Below, in pieces: positions 10,017 through 20,826 of a DNA stretch of 64,000 nt (within the stretch, counting starts at the first letter, position 1; each line of letters opens with the position of its first letter). Source of the DNA: Thermoanaerobaculia bacterium (GTDB lineage Bacteria; Acidobacteriota; Thermoanaerobaculia; Multivoradales; Multivoraceae); contig OY761158.1 in NCBI GenBank assembly GCA_963664405.1, positions 4,928,001 through 4,992,000 on the forward strand, written 5' to 3'. Made by a program: the position numbers and the translations under genes. Under the pieces are notes generated by a model that saw nothing but the letters and a program-made list of their open reading frames with translations, had not been told where the DNA came from and did no database searches.

Positions 10017-11270
10017 GTGAAGAGCAACTGGTCGGGCAATATCGAGTTCAGCGCGGCCGAGCTCCATGAGCCGGCGACGGTAGAGGAGCTTCAGCAGATC
10101 GTCTCGCGGGCGCGGCGTCTTCGGGTAGTCGGAGCGGGCCACTCCTTCAACGACATCGTCGATACCGACGGTACCCTCGTGTCTCTGCGCAGGCTCAACC
10201 GCGTTGTCGCGATCGACCGTGACGCGTCGACCGTACTGTTCGAGGGCGGGATCCTCCACTATGAGCTGACGGACCATCTCCATCGGGCGGGCTTTGCGCT
10301 GCACAATCTGCCATCGATGCCGCACTTCAATGTAGTTGGGGCCTGTGCGACCGGCACGCACGGCTCCGGCGACACCAATCGCTGCCTGGCGGCGGCGATT
10401 CGAGGGATGGAGATCGTTACCGCCGGGGGCGACCTGGTCGAGGTTCCGGCGGCAGATCTGCCGGCGACCGCAATCGGTCTCGGTGCTTTCGGGGTGGTTG
10501 CTCGCATGACGCTCGAGATCGAGTCGACCTTCTATGTCGCCCAGGAGCGTCATGTCGACGTGCCGGTGGCGAACGCGATCGACAATCTCGACGAGATCAT
10601 GGGCAGCGCGTACAGCGTCAGTTACTTCACCGACTGGCAGCACGACCGTCTCCACGAGGTTTGGCGCAAGTTCCGGCTCGATACGGAGAACGGCCCCATC
10701 CCGGATACGCCTGACGACTATTTCGGTGGCACAAGAGCCGGCGACGAGATAGAGCCCGGCATGGTCGAGAACGACGTCAACGTCACCCGGCAGATGTTGA
10801 TCCCGGGGCCGTGGCACGAGCGACTGCCCCATGTGCGCGTGCGCGATCCGATCCAGGTCACCAGCCAACTTCAATCCGAGTTCTTCGTAGCTCGTCGCCA
10901 CGGCCAATCTGCGCTGCGCGCGATTGCCGAGCTCGGGGAGCGGCTGAAGCCGGCGATCGGTGAAGGGATCGTCGCCGAGGTCCGTACTGTGGCCGCCGAC
11001 GATCTCTGGCTCAGCCCCTTTCCGCACCCCAGCCTGGCGCTGCATTTTGGTTGGGTCCCCGACTGGCCTTCGGCGGAGAAGGCGCTGCCGTTGGTCGAGG
11101 CTGCTCTCGCGCCGTTCGAGCCTCGGCCTCATTGGGGCAAGCTCTTCACCATGCCGGCCGAGACGGTCCGTGACTGCTACCCACGCTTCGCCGACTTCGT
11201 TGCCAGGGTGGCTCACTATGACCCGGCCGGCAAGTTTCGTAATCGTTACCTGGAGCAGTTGTTTGTCTGA
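10017..11270 (+). CDS. FAD-linked alditol/arabinono-lactone oxidase family protein
   Basis: NWSGN, GAGHSFN (covalent FAD His), ATGTHGSG, RPHWGK. Confidence 0.85.
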   Translation: MKSNWSGNIEFSAAELHEPATVEELQQIVSRARRLRVVGAGHSFNDIVDTDGTLVSLRRLNRVVAIDRDASTVLFEGGILHYELTDHLHRAGFALHNLPSMPHFNVVGACATGTHGSGDTNRCLAAAIRGMEIVTAGGDLVEVPAADLPATAIGLGAFGVVARMTLEIESTFYVAQERHVDVPVANAIDNLDEIMGSAYSVSYFTDWQHDRLHEVWRKFRLDTENGPIPDTPDDYFGGTRAGDEIEPGMVENDVNVTRQMLIPGPWHERLPHVRVRDPIQVTSQLQSEFFVARRHGQSALRAIAELGERLKPAIGEGIVAEVRTVAADDLWLSPFPHPSLALHFGWVPDWPSAEKALPLVEAALAPFEPRPHWGKLFTMPAETVRDCYPRFADFVARVAHYDPAGKFRNRYLEQLFV

Positions 11271-11289
11271 AACGTCAAGAGGTGGATCA

Positions 11290-13395
11290 ATGGCTCGCAC
11301 GACTCTCATCAAACTATTGGCGATCCTGGCTCCCGCGCTGGCGGTGGCCGAGCAGCCCAACATCGTTCTCTTCATGGCCGATGACATGGGCATGGGCGAT
11401 ACCAGCGCCTACCAGGACTTCACCGCTAACGCCGACGCGGTGCAGGTACACACTCCCAGCATGGAGCGCTTGGCTCAGATGGGAATTCGCTTCACCGACG
11501 CGCACACGCCCGCCTCACGCTGCACGACGACACGCTATGGCCTGCTGACCGGGCGCTACGCCTTTCGCAACCGCATCAAGCACTATGTGTTGTTCGGCTC
11601 GCAGGGCGATCCGATGATCGAGGCCGACCGTCCCACTATCGCGACCATGCTGCGAGACGGCGGTTATCGGACCGCGATGTTCGGCAAGTGGCATGTCGGT
11701 CTGCGCTATCGACGCAGCGACGGCTCGCCCGCGGCGGGCTGGGCTGACGCGGATCTGCGCCAGCCCCTTTACGACGCACCGCTCGATCACGGCTTTGATG
11801 TGGTGCGCTTCACCGCGCGCTCCCATATGAGCTCGGGCCCTGATGTCGTGGCCGGGAGCGCGGCGGGGCCGAATACGCCCGAGCAGGATATCGGGCCAGG
11901 GCACATCCATGGTCGCGAGGTTGTTGGGGCAACCGAAGACCGAAAGAGGCTGATCAGTTCAGGTCCGGATGCTTATCTCCTGACCAAGCTGGGTAGCCGT
12001 CATTCGGATCATGCGATGGGCTTCTTGCAGAGTCACGTCAACGACGGCGCGACCCGGCAGAAGCCCTTTTTCCTCTACTTGCCGGCCAACGCCAACCATG
12101 GTCCCTACACCCCGGACGAATCGATCGGCGGGAGACCTGTCGCGGGCGCATCGCGCACCAAGTTGGGGGCACCGATGGACGCTCGGCACGACCTCATCTA
12201 CGAGAACGACGTTGCGCTGGGTCGCTTGGTCGATTGGCTGGAAGCCACTGAAGATCCGCGTGATCCCGAACAGAGGCTGATCGCGAACACTCTGGTCATC
12301 TTCACCAGCGACAACGGCGCCGAGATAGACAGCAACATCGCCACCGGACCCTTTCGCAGCAACAAGGGCAGCTGCTACGAGGGTGGTCACCGCGTGCCTT
12401 TCATCGCTGCCTGGCCGGCGGGCGGCATCGCACCCGGTTCCAACAACTCGGCTCCCATCGGCCTACAGGATCTCTTCGCCACCTTCGCGGAGATCACCGG
12501 GGAGGAACTGCCGGATCTCGGAGCCGGGGAGAAAGGCGCCGAAGACAGCATCAGCGTGCTGGCGGCCCTCGAGGGCGAGGAGTTGCCACAGCGGCCGCCG
12601 CTCTTCTTTCACGACAACAAGGATGCCCTTGGCGACAATGCGGTGGTGGCGATGCGTCTGGATAATCCCTCCGTGAGCGGAAGGGTTTTCGAAGGGCAGT
12701 GGAAGATCTTTTTCGATGAGCGCCTGCTGCGGGCGGGAGAGGCGGACGCGGTCGAGCTGTTCAACCTCGCCGAAGACCAGTGGGAAAAGAGCAATCGCCT
12801 GGCAGATCCCTCGCTCGAGTCCCTGGTCGAGCACCTCGAGGCCCTGGCGTTGTTACACCGAAACGCAGGCGGACATCGCCTGGCGGCGATCGCGTCGCCG
12901 AAGCGCGTCACCTTCGACTGGGGCGGCGAGATGGCCCGGGAGTTCAGCGCTAAGTCCGTCGCCGGCGTCTCGGTTAGACGAGGCGGAATTACCATGCGGG
13001 TCGCTGGAAAGACCGGCGAGTCGGGCACCGATGGGACTTTCAGCCCTGGTGAAGGTGGCTTGGGACTCGCCGGCGGGAAATCCAAACAGGTGGACGGTGA
13101 CGAGGCGTTCGTCATCCGCTTCGATCGCGACGTGATCGTCGAGTCCGCTGCGCTCGTTGCCGGCAGCGGGACGTGCGGCGGGTCCTATCGTGTGGGAGTC
13201 AAGTCGAGGCTGGCGATCTACTGCGTCGATGGCGACAACGACTCAAAGGACCAACAGGGGATCCTCGGCGATATCGGTGTGCTGAAGAGAGGCGAGGAGC
13301 TAGAGCTCAACGCCAGCCCCCACTTCGGTGTCGAAGCCCCTGGAGAGTGGCGCTTGGGTGCGATCACGGTGCGGGGGTTGGGGACGAGCTCGTGA
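11290..13395 (+). CDS. Arylsulfatase-like protein with C-terminal extension
   Basis: PNIVLFMADDMG, CTTTRYGLLTGR, GKWHVG, FTSDNG, YEGGHRVP. Confidence 0.9.
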   Translation: MARTTLIKLLAILAPALAVAEQPNIVLFMADDMGMGDTSAYQDFTANADAVQVHTPSMERLAQMGIRFTDAHTPASRCTTTRYGLLTGRYAFRNRIKHYVLFGSQGDPMIEADRPTIATMLRDGGYRTAMFGKWHVGLRYRRSDGSPAAGWADADLRQPLYDAPLDHGFDVVRFTARSHMSSGPDVVAGSAAGPNTPEQDIGPGHIHGREVVGATEDRKRLISSGPDAYLLTKLGSRHSDHAMGFLQSHVNDGATRQKPFFLYLPANANHGPYTPDESIGGRPVAGASRTKLGAPMDARHDLIYENDVALGRLVDWLEATEDPRDPEQRLIANTLVIFTSDNGAEIDSNIATGPFRSNKGSCYEGGHRVPFIAAWPAGGIAPGSNNSAPIGLQDLFATFAEITGEELPDLGAGEKGAEDSISVLAALEGEELPQRPPLFFHDNKDALGDNAVVAMRLDNPSVSGRVFEGQWKIFFDERLLRAGEADAVELFNLAEDQWEKSNRLADPSLESLVEHLEALALLHRNAGGHRLAAIASPKRVTFDWGGEMAREFSAKSVAGVSVRRGGITMRVAGKTGESGTDGTFSPGEGGLGLAGGKSKQVDGDEAFVIRFDRDVIVESAALVAGSGTCGGSYRVGVKSRLAIYCVDGDNDSKDQQGILGDIGVLKRGEELELNASPHFGVEAPGEWRLGAITVRGLGTSS

Positions 13396-13455
13396 GTCGA
13401 GAGCTCCTTTTGGGCCCCCGCTGCTACAGTGCTCGAGTCTTGGACAGGAGTGACA

Positions 13456-14622
13456 ATGAGGAGGTCGGTTGCCATGGAAGAAGGCCATAGAAATCGCTAC
13501 GGAACGTTGCTCGCGGCGACTCTTCTCTTCAGCGTGCCTGTGATGAGTCAATCATCCCGAGCTCCGATCGACGTCAACGCTCTCGGTCCGCAGGTAGGCG
13601 AGTCCGTTCCCGACTTCAGTCTGCGGGACCAGAACGGTGAGGCGCAGACCCTCGAATCGATCATGGGCCCTCGTGGCGCACTGATCCTCTTCCACCGCTC
13701 GGCCGACTGGTGACCCTACTGCAAGGCGCAGCTCGTGGAGCTGCAAGATCAGTTGGAAGAGCTGGCGGCGGCAGGACTCGGAGCGGCGGCGATCAGCTAC
13801 GACTCGGTCGAGGTGCTAGCCGACTTTGCCGGCCGTCGCGACATCACCTACCCATTGCTCTCGGACGAAGGCTCTGTCGCGATCAAGGCCTTCGGCATTC
13901 TCAATACCGTCGTCGACGAGGCGATTGGGCCGAACAAGGACGATCCTGCCGTTCGGGCCGACACCGGGCTCTACGTGGCAGTGGGGGGCGGCAGTTCGCT
14001 CGGGATCGGAATCCCCTTCCCCGGCACCTTCATCGTTGACCGCAAGGGTGTTGTGACCGCGCGCTTCTTCGAAGATTTCTACCGCGAGCGGACCACCACC
14101 TCGCGCATCATGATGCGGCTGGGAAAGGAGTCCGACCCGGTTGCTTCACTGGAGGGTGAGACCACCCATCTGAGCTTTCGCACCTACCAGAGCAACGAGG
14201 AGGTCTCGATCGGGGCTAAGTTCACGCTGGCGTTGGAGATCACGCCGGAGCCGGGTATGCACCTCTACGCTCCTGGCGCCGAAGCCTTCGGTTACAAGCT
14301 GACGCGTCTGAGCTTCGATGAGGCTCCCCACCTGCGGATGCTGGACCTCGAGTACCCCGAATCGGAGATCTACCACTTCGCCCCCCTCGACGAGCACGTT
14401 CCGACCTTTCAGCAGCCGTTCACCCTGCTACAGGACGTCGTCGTTGGGGCGTCGCGGGAAGCGCATCAAGCCCTGGACGGGGTCGAAGTGCTGACTTTGA
14501 CCGGGCGGCTCGACTACCAGGCCTGCGACGACGAGAAGTGCTTCAACCCGGTTTCGGTGCCGCTGTCGTGGACGGTTGCCTTGGCACCGCCCGATCGCCA
14601 GCGGGCGAAGCGTCCCGAGTAG
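13456..14622 (+). CDS. Selenoprotein: AhpC/TSA peroxiredoxin-like (UxxC) fused to DsbD N-terminal-like domain
   Basis: In-frame TGA 13711-13713 in FHRSADW-U-PYCKAQL; the ORFs on each side share a frame; C-terminal YQACDDEKC; start may instead be 13474. Confidence 0.85.
13728..13744 (+). promoter_or_regulatory. Putative bacterial SECIS hairpin
   Basis: GCAGCTC-GTG-GAGCTGC; G-first loop 21 nt after UGA. Confidence 0.7.
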
Positions 14623-14644
14623 TGGCCGCCGTCGACTCCACCCT

Positions 14645-14663
14645 CAGCAGCCAAAGGCTGCTG
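14645..14663. repeat. REP-like short hairpin GCAGCC-(G/A)AA-GGCTGC
   Basis: Related copies near 14727-14741, 19912-19932 and 56409-56425, all intergenic. Confidence 0.55.
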
Positions 14664-14817
14664 GGTGTTGAGAATTAGCGGTTCGATCCCCTCGGGGTGG
14701 CAGAAATGTTCGGTTGGCGCCCTTGGGAGCCGAAGGCTGCCTTGGCTCCGGTCCCCTTGCTCGAAGCCGCGGTTCCCATAGCGCGTCGGCGATCGATAAT
14801 TATAATATAATGAAAGA

Positions 14818-15096
14818 GTGCGGTTCGAATGGGACGAGACCAAGGGGGCCGGGAATCGGCGAAAACACGGTGTGTCTTTCGAGGAGGCGCAGAGTGTCTT
14901 CTTCGATGAAGACGCAATCGAGTACCCAGACCCCGCTCACTCCGATGGCGAAGACCGCTTCCTGATGCTCGGCAGGAGTTTTCAACTGCGAGTACTGGTC
15001 GTTTGCCATTGCTTGAGAGAGCGAGAAACGGTGATACGCATCATCTCGGCTCGACGGGCTACTCCACGCGAGCGACGCGCCTACTCACAGAGGTAA
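14818..15096 (+). CDS. brnT: BrnT-family toxin
   Basis: RFEWDETK..NRRKHGVSFEEAQSVF..EDRF..IRIISARRAT. Confidence 0.9.
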   Translation: MRFEWDETKGAGNRRKHGVSFEEAQSVFFDEDAIEYPDPAHSDGEDRFLMLGRSFQLRVLVVCHCLRERETVIRIISARRATPRERRAYSQR

Positions 15097-15100
15097 GCCG

Positions 15101-15319
15101 ATGAAGAAAGAGTACGACTTCGAGAAGATGAAAGGGCGGAGAAACCCCTATTCCAAGCGCCTCAAGCAGCAGGTGACGATTCGCCTAGGGGTTGATGTCT
15201 TGGAGTACTTCAAGCAATTGGCTTCCGAGACGGGAATCCCGTACCAGAACCTCATCAATCTCTACCTCCGAGATTGCGTGGTCTCTGAGAGGAAGCCGTC
15301 GCTCAAGTGGACCTCCTAG
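15101..15319 (+). CDS. brnA: BrnA-family antitoxin
   Basis: MKKEYDF..KQQVTIRL..YFK..GIPYQNLINLYL. Confidence 0.9.
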   Translation: MKKEYDFEKMKGRRNPYSKRLKQQVTIRLGVDVLEYFKQLASETGIPYQNLINLYLRDCVVSERKPSLKWTS

Positions 15320-15605
15320 CCCCAGACCCGACTGTGGTCGACCCTAGACCACAGCTCGCTTCTCTGTGAGCTTGACACGCGGGGGCATGGTGACGGGGTT
15401 CCCTCTGCCTTCGGACTGAGCGCTCGGCCGCAAATCCCGCTCCGTAGTGCGGCAGAGAATAGTCGGGTGGCACTGGGGGAAAACAAGCACTTGCATTAAG
15501 CAGTCGATCGTAGCTATCATCGAAACTGATCGGCACGGCCACGGAACCGGCGCGGCGGAAGCTCAGAAGGGCAGCGACCGCTCGCTCGTGACACGGAGGA
15601 GAAAC

Positions 15606-16724
15606 ATGCTCTCGACCCGCACCCTCAACAAAGTGCTTACCGCCACTCTCATCAGCGGTCTCGCGCCGTTTTTGCCGGCGGCCGCGATGGCCGAAGATGG
15701 GGTCCCGAGAACCGCCTCCGGTCGGCCGGATCTCTCCGGCACCTACGACGCGGCTACCCTGACGCCGCTGGTGAGACCCAAAGCGTACGGCGACAATCTG
15801 TATCTAACAAAGGAACAGGCGGACAAGATCGCCGAAGAAGCGAGGCTTCGCATGGAGAAAAGCTTGGCGGCGAGCAATCCGGATCGCGAGGCGCCGCCCG
15901 AAGGCGGTGACGGCTCACCCGGCCCCGGCGGCAATGTGGGGGGCTACAACAACTTCTGGATCGATCGTGGAACCGAGGCCTTCGACGTCGGCGGCAAGTT
16001 TCGGACATCGATCATCATCGATCCGAAGAACGGCCAGGTGCCGCCGATGACAGCGGCGGGGAGAGCGAGCGAAGCGGAAAAAGCCGCAGACTTAGGCTTT
16101 GTTCGTGGAAACGACGGGACGGCCTGGTGGCTCGAGAAGGGAGACGGCAGTGGCCCTTACGACAACGTCGAGCAGCGCAACCTCGCTGAGCGCTGCATGC
16201 TCGGGTTCTCCGGAGCCACACCGACCTTTCCCAGCGTCTACAACAACTTCAAGCGAATCGTGCAGACCGAAGATCACGTGATGATCCTGATCGAAATGGT
16301 GCACGACGCTCGCATCGTGCGTATGAAGTCGGAGGGGCACCCCGTAGCGCACCTACCGGCCTCCGAGACGACCTGGCTCGGCGACTCGATCGGCTGGTGG
16401 GAAGGCGACACTCTGGTGGTCGACAGCACCAACTTCAACCCTGCGGCTAGTAACCTGGCGGCGACTAAAGGAGGCTCCGGAGACCTGCACGTCGTCGAGC
16501 GTTTCACCCGGCTCGAGGACGGCAATGTGCTCTACAACTTCACCATGGAAGACGACACGGTCTGGGAGACGCCCTGGACCGGCGAGTACGTCTGGCGTGC
16601 CAGCGACCAGAAGGTCTACGAGTACGCTTGCCACGAAGGGAACTACTCCCTCGGCAACATCATGCGCGGAGCTCGGCTACTGGAGCAGGAAGCCTTAGCA
16701 GCGAAGCCGAGTGCAACCCACTGA
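15606..16724 (+). CDS. Secreted hypothetical protein (PRTASGRPDL..EYACHEGN family), paralog A
   Basis: GGAGGAG RBS, signal peptide; highly similar to 29416-30534. Confidence 0.8.
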   Translation: MLSTRTLNKVLTATLISGLAPFLPAAAMAEDGVPRTASGRPDLSGTYDAATLTPLVRPKAYGDNLYLTKEQADKIAEEARLRMEKSLAASNPDREAPPEGGDGSPGPGGNVGGYNNFWIDRGTEAFDVGGKFRTSIIIDPKNGQVPPMTAAGRASEAEKAADLGFVRGNDGTAWWLEKGDGSGPYDNVEQRNLAERCMLGFSGATPTFPSVYNNFKRIVQTEDHVMILIEMVHDARIVRMKSEGHPVAHLPASETTWLGDSIGWWEGDTLVVDSTNFNPAASNLAATKGGSGDLHVVERFTRLEDGNVLYNFTMEDDTVWETPWTGEYVWRASDQKVYEYACHEGNYSLGNIMRGARLLEQEALAAKPSATH

Positions 16725-16742
16725 AGGGCTGGCCGACCGCGC

Positions 16743-18389
16743 CTATCTTCCGTCTTGTGCAGCCACCGACTCCAGAATCGCCTCCAGCTCTCCCAGGTCG
16801 ATCCCGCCGTCGCCGTTGCCGTCGATGAAAGCAAAGTTCTGCTTCAATCCACCCTGTGCTTCGCTCTCGCTGATCTTCTTGTCGCTGTCTGTATCTAACG
16901 TAGACAGGATTGATAGAGCCCGATCCGGAGAGGGCGATGCTTGCGATTGCCCACCTCGAGGCTCGGTCATGGTGGCGTTCCACTTGTCCCACAGAGCCTT
17001 CAACTCTTCGACCTTGTCCGGCTCGCTCGCGGCGAGGTCACGGGTTTCGCCAATGTCGTCGCGCAAGTTGTACAGCCGGTGCGGGGTGAGCGGCGGGTTC
17101 TCCGAGCGATGCACATCCCCTTCGTCGATCTTGTTCATGTACCTCACCAGCTTCCAGTCTCCCCGGCGAACGGCCGTCTGTCCGATCGTGAGCCAATAGA
17201 GCGCTTCGTGGGGTGGAGCGGTGGATCGATTCTCGAGTTGGGGCAGGATGTTCACCCCGTCGAGCTTCCAGTCCGGCTCCGCTTCGACTCCCGCCGCAGC
17301 CAACGCCGTGGGCAGAATGTCCAATTGGATCACCGGCTGATCGTAAACCTCACCGGCCGGCAGATGTCCTTTCCACGAAACGACGAACGGCACGCGGATA
17401 CCGCCCTCGAGCGAGGTTCCTTTCGAACCGCGGAGCGGCGTGTTGCGTGAGGCGTTGTACGCAAATTTATGGATGGTTGGCCCGCCATTGTCGCTGAGAA
17501 AGAAGATCAACGTGTCCTCTTCCAAGTCGGCTTGTTTCAATTTATCGATCACCCGTCCAATGGCATCATCCATTGCCAGCGTCATCGCGGCATAGGTGCG
17601 CCGGACCGGATCCTTGATGGCCGCGAACTTCGCCAGCCGCACATCGTCAGCGTGCATCGGCGTGTGCACCGCGTTGAACGACAGGTACAAGAAGAACGGA
17701 TCGTCCTGGTGTCGCTCGATAAATGAAACCGCCTCGCGACCGAACGCATCGGTCAGGTACCCCGGTTCCTCAACCGACTCGGTACCGCGAAGAATGTTCC
17801 CCTCCATGCGGCTTCCAACGTCCTGCCCGGCTCCCGTGCGATCTGGGAAGACGATGTTCGGCAATCCGTTCTGGTAGCTGTGCCCGCCACCCAAGAACCC
17901 GAAGAGCTCATCAAAGCCCCGTTGTTGCGGATGATAGTCGGGCGTGGTTCCCAAATGCCATTTCCCAACGATGCCGGTGGCGTACCCGGCTGCCCGCAGA
18001 CGATCCGCAATGGTGGTTTCCGACAAAGGCAAACTCAGGGGGGGTCGGGCGCGGGCCTTCTCATCGGCCGCTACGCCTTGACCGTGCCCGCCGGTGGGTT
18101 CGTGGCCCCAGCGTTCTTGATATCGCCCGGTCAAGAGGCCGGCCCGGGTCGGGCTGCACCAGCTTGCCGACACATAACCGCTGGTAAACCGCACGCCGCT
18201 TCGGGCCAACGCGTCCAGATTTGGTGTGGGAATGTCCCGGCCTCCCTGGAAACCAAGGTCGCCATATCCCAAGTCGTCGGCCATGATGATCAAGATATTG
18301 GGCTTGCGCTCCGCCGCCGCCGCGACGGAGGTGAACACCACCGCGGCCATCGCCGCAAACAGTAGATTTGTGCAGCGCATTGTTTTCAT
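16743..18389 (-). CDS. Sulfatase with C-terminal EF-hand pair
   Basis: PNILIIMADDLG, CSPTRAGLLTGR, SDNGG; DTDSDKKISESE and DGNGDGGIDLGE. Confidence 0.9.
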   Translation of the reverse strand: MKTMRCTNLLFAAMAAVVFTSVAAAAERKPNILIIMADDLGYGDLGFQGGRDIPTPNLDALARSGVRFTSGYVSASWCSPTRAGLLTGRYQERWGHEPTGGHGQGVAADEKARARPPLSLPLSETTIADRLRAAGYATGIVGKWHLGTTPDYHPQQRGFDELFGFLGGGHSYQNGLPNIVFPDRTGAGQDVGSRMEGNILRGTESVEEPGYLTDAFGREAVSFIERHQDDPFFLYLSFNAVHTPMHADDVRLAKFAAIKDPVRRTYAAMTLAMDDAIGRVIDKLKQADLEEDTLIFFLSDNGGPTIHKFAYNASRNTPLRGSKGTSLEGGIRVPFVVSWKGHLPAGEVYDQPVIQLDILPTALAAAGVEAEPDWKLDGVNILPQLENRSTAPPHEALYWLTIGQTAVRRGDWKLVRYMNKIDEGDVHRSENPPLTPHRLYNLRDDIGETRDLAASEPDKVEELKALWDKWNATMTEPRGGQSQASPSPDRALSILSTLDTDSDKKISESEAQGGLKQNFAFIDGNGDGGIDLGELEAILESVAAQDGR

Positions 18390-18476
18390 CCTCAGATTCT
18401 CATTTCTGCGCCCGTCGGCTACTGCGCCGTCGCGAGAGCGTTTACATTGCTGATCAGCGCCAGCACTAAGACCAAC

Positions 18477-19760
18477 TTACAACAGTTGCAAGATCGGCAC
18501 TGTCACTGACGATAGGGTGTCGCCCAGCTGCTTGTTGGAGCGAATGCCGGTGAAGAACGTGCTTCCCATCATGTCCCCGAAGTACTTGACGCCTGGGTAG
18601 TAGACCAGAACGACAACGTCGAAGTCGGCATCTCCCTCCAGCTTGACGGCTTGGCCAACGTGTAGGGGGCCATGACCGCCCTCGGCAAACAGAGCCATCA
18701 TTTCCTTGCCGTAAGACGCATTCGCCTGTAGTTGTTCGCCCTCGCCGAACTTCTGAAAGTTCACGATGACGATCGCATCTTCGCTGTACGCCGCGTGCTC
18801 TGCCGCCAGCTCTGCGAAGAGCTGAGCTTGTTGCTTCGCGGCGGCCGACTCGTCCGGTACCCTTTGGAATGGGAGTCGCTTTGGCTCGTGGTTCAACGTT
18901 TGCTGAATTCGTGTGGCCAACAGGTTCGCCGGCATCCTCAAGTTCTCGAGCGAGTCGCGATTGAGGCCAATCGAGTAGGTTGTCTCGAAGGCCGAGAGCA
19001 TCTCCTTATATTCGGCACTCGCGGTCAGTTCATTCCATTGCTCACGGCTGTTGAGTTGCAGAACGGCAAAGACATCCCATTGGCTCTCGGCGAGTTGCTT
19101 TGACGCGAGTCCAGCGAACGCCGTCTTGCCGACGTAAACAACCTCGCCGCCGAGCTCTTCGAGGACGCGTTTATACTCCTTCATCGTTTCGATCAAGTCG
19201 GCGTCGGCACCCAGTTTCAGCGATGTCACGACATGCAAAACATTGGGTCCGTGTACATGGCGTTGATGATCGTGAACGGTGTTTTTCTGGACTGAGAAGT
19301 AGCGTTGCTGTTCTTCAACAACCGCACTGGCCACCATCTGGTAGAGCTGCATGGACTCGGCTTGGCTCAGCTTTCCAGACTCAGCGAGGGCTTCGAATCT
19401 CGCCGTCAAGGCATCGAAGGCAGGTGCGTCGAAGGCCGGACCGCTCGTACCGGAAGGAGAAGCACCCGCGGCAGAACCACCTCCACCGCTCCTGGATGCG
19501 ACCAACTCGAGAACGCGCTCCAGTTCTCCTAGATCGATGCCGCCGTCGCCATTGGCGTCGATCATCGGGAAGTTCGCTTTCATGTCATCCACCGCTTCGT
19601 CCCTACTAATCGCGCCACTATTGTCGCCGTCGAGCGCGTCAAGGATTTGTTGAGGCGACTGGGCAGCCGCGGCAGGAGAGAACATGAAAGCGGCCATCGC
19701 CGCAATCACGAGCCCAGCCATCGGACGTGAACTGATGATCTTCGCCGGATCGATTCTCAT
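18477..19760 (-). CDS. Secreted EF-hand plus DUF1330-like protein
   Basis: Leader, DGDNSGAISRDE/DANGDGGIDLGE EF-hands, DVVVLVYYPG; N-terminus shared with 39546-41480. Confidence 0.65.
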   Translation of the reverse strand: MRIDPAKIISSRPMAGLVIAAMAAFMFSPAAAAQSPQQILDALDGDNSGAISRDEAVDDMKANFPMIDANGDGGIDLGELERVLELVASRSGGGGSAAGASPSGTSGPAFDAPAFDALTARFEALAESGKLSQAESMQLYQMVASAVVEEQQRYFSVQKNTVHDHQRHVHGPNVLHVVTSLKLGADADLIETMKEYKRVLEELGGEVVYVGKTAFAGLASKQLAESQWDVFAVLQLNSREQWNELTASAEYKEMLSAFETTYSIGLNRDSLENLRMPANLLATRIQQTLNHEPKRLPFQRVPDESAAAKQQAQLFAELAAEHAAYSEDAIVIVNFQKFGEGEQLQANASYGKEMMALFAEGGHGPLHVGQAVKLEGDADFDVVVLVYYPGVKYFGDMMGSTFFTGIRSNKQLGDTLSSVTVPILQLL

Positions 19761-19828
19761 GATGCCTTCTCCTATGCGTAACACGACCTTTCTCGGACAT
19801 TCCCGTAGATTGACACAAATGCCTACTA

Positions 19829-19847
19829 TTGTCACCAGGAGTGACAA
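19829..19847. promoter_or_regulatory. Palindromic operator TTGTCAC-N5-GTGACAA
   Basis: Related palindromes at 30783-30801 and 41638-41658. Confidence 0.6.
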
Positions 19848-19953
19848 CGATGGTTTAGCCACGTGGGCCAGAGCCCAGACTCGAGGTGTCAGCCTCTTGT
19901 TGACGAACCGCCCGGCAGCAGAAGGCTGCCGGTCGCTTTTGCAGCCGTAGCCC

Positions 19954-20729
19954 TCAGCGACTCTGGTTGAACACGGGCTTTCTCTTCTCGAGAAACGCCC
20001 TCATGCCCTCCTGAGCGTCCGCCGAGCCACGAGTGCTCTTCACCGCACGCTGCTCGTCTCGGATCGACTCGGCGAGGGTCTTGGACTCGAATCCGACGAC
20101 GGTCTCGAACACACCCTTGACCGCGAGCCTGGGCTGCGCGGCGAGATCCCGGGCGAGCTCCTGGGCGGCTCCCTTGAGATCGGCGAGCGGCCAGACCTCA
20201 TTGACCAGTCCGATCCGGAGCGCCTCGTGCCCGTCGATCTTCTTGGCGCGGAGAATCATGTCGAGCGCATGGTTCCGGCCGACGCAGCGGAGCCGCCCCA
20301 CGCGGGCAGGGCGCCGAGGTCCAGCTCCGGAAGCCCGATCTGGGCTCCTTCGGCGGCGGCCAGTCGGAAATGGCAGGCGAGCGGCAGCTCCAGCCCGCCG
20401 CCAAGGCAGAACCCGAATAGCGTGGCGATCGAGGGCTTGCCGCAATGCTCGATGAGGTGCAACAGGTCGAGGCGCTCCTTGAAGAACGCCTCACTGCTGC
20501 CGGCCCGCCGGACGCCCTCCGGGATCTGTTTGAGATTCATTCCTGCCGAGAAGTGATCGAGCCCTTCCGCGGTGAAGACGATCGCTCGCACTTCGTCGTC
20601 GGCGACCAGCTTGGGGAAGAGCTCCCGCAGCGCGTCGATGTACTCCAGGGTCATCAGATTGTACGGTGCGCCGTTGATGCTCACCGTCGCCACGGCGTCT
20701 TCGACGGTCAGGAGAAGCGGCTCGGTCAT
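19954..20729 (-). pseudogene. Enoyl-CoA hydratase/isomerase, frameshifted near 20285
   Basis: FSAGMNL, GGGLEL..LPELDLGALPAWGGS then frame change to RCVGRNHALDMIL..EGMRAFLEKRKPVF; appears to be a short deletion. Confidence 0.85.
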
Positions 20730-20760
20730 GGTGTGTTCCTTTCACATGGCCCGCTCCGGA

Positions 20761-20826
20761 TGCGCCGTCCTCGGCGCCATGAGCAACTAGGCTCCACAAA
20801 TGATATTCATCATTTGTGGAGCCTAG
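20761..20826. repeat. Double-hairpin repeat, short copy
   Basis: tgcgccgtcctcggcgcca plus ctaggctccacaaatgat-attc-atcatttgtggagcctag; homologous to 35948-36074 and 38423-38550. Confidence 0.75.
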
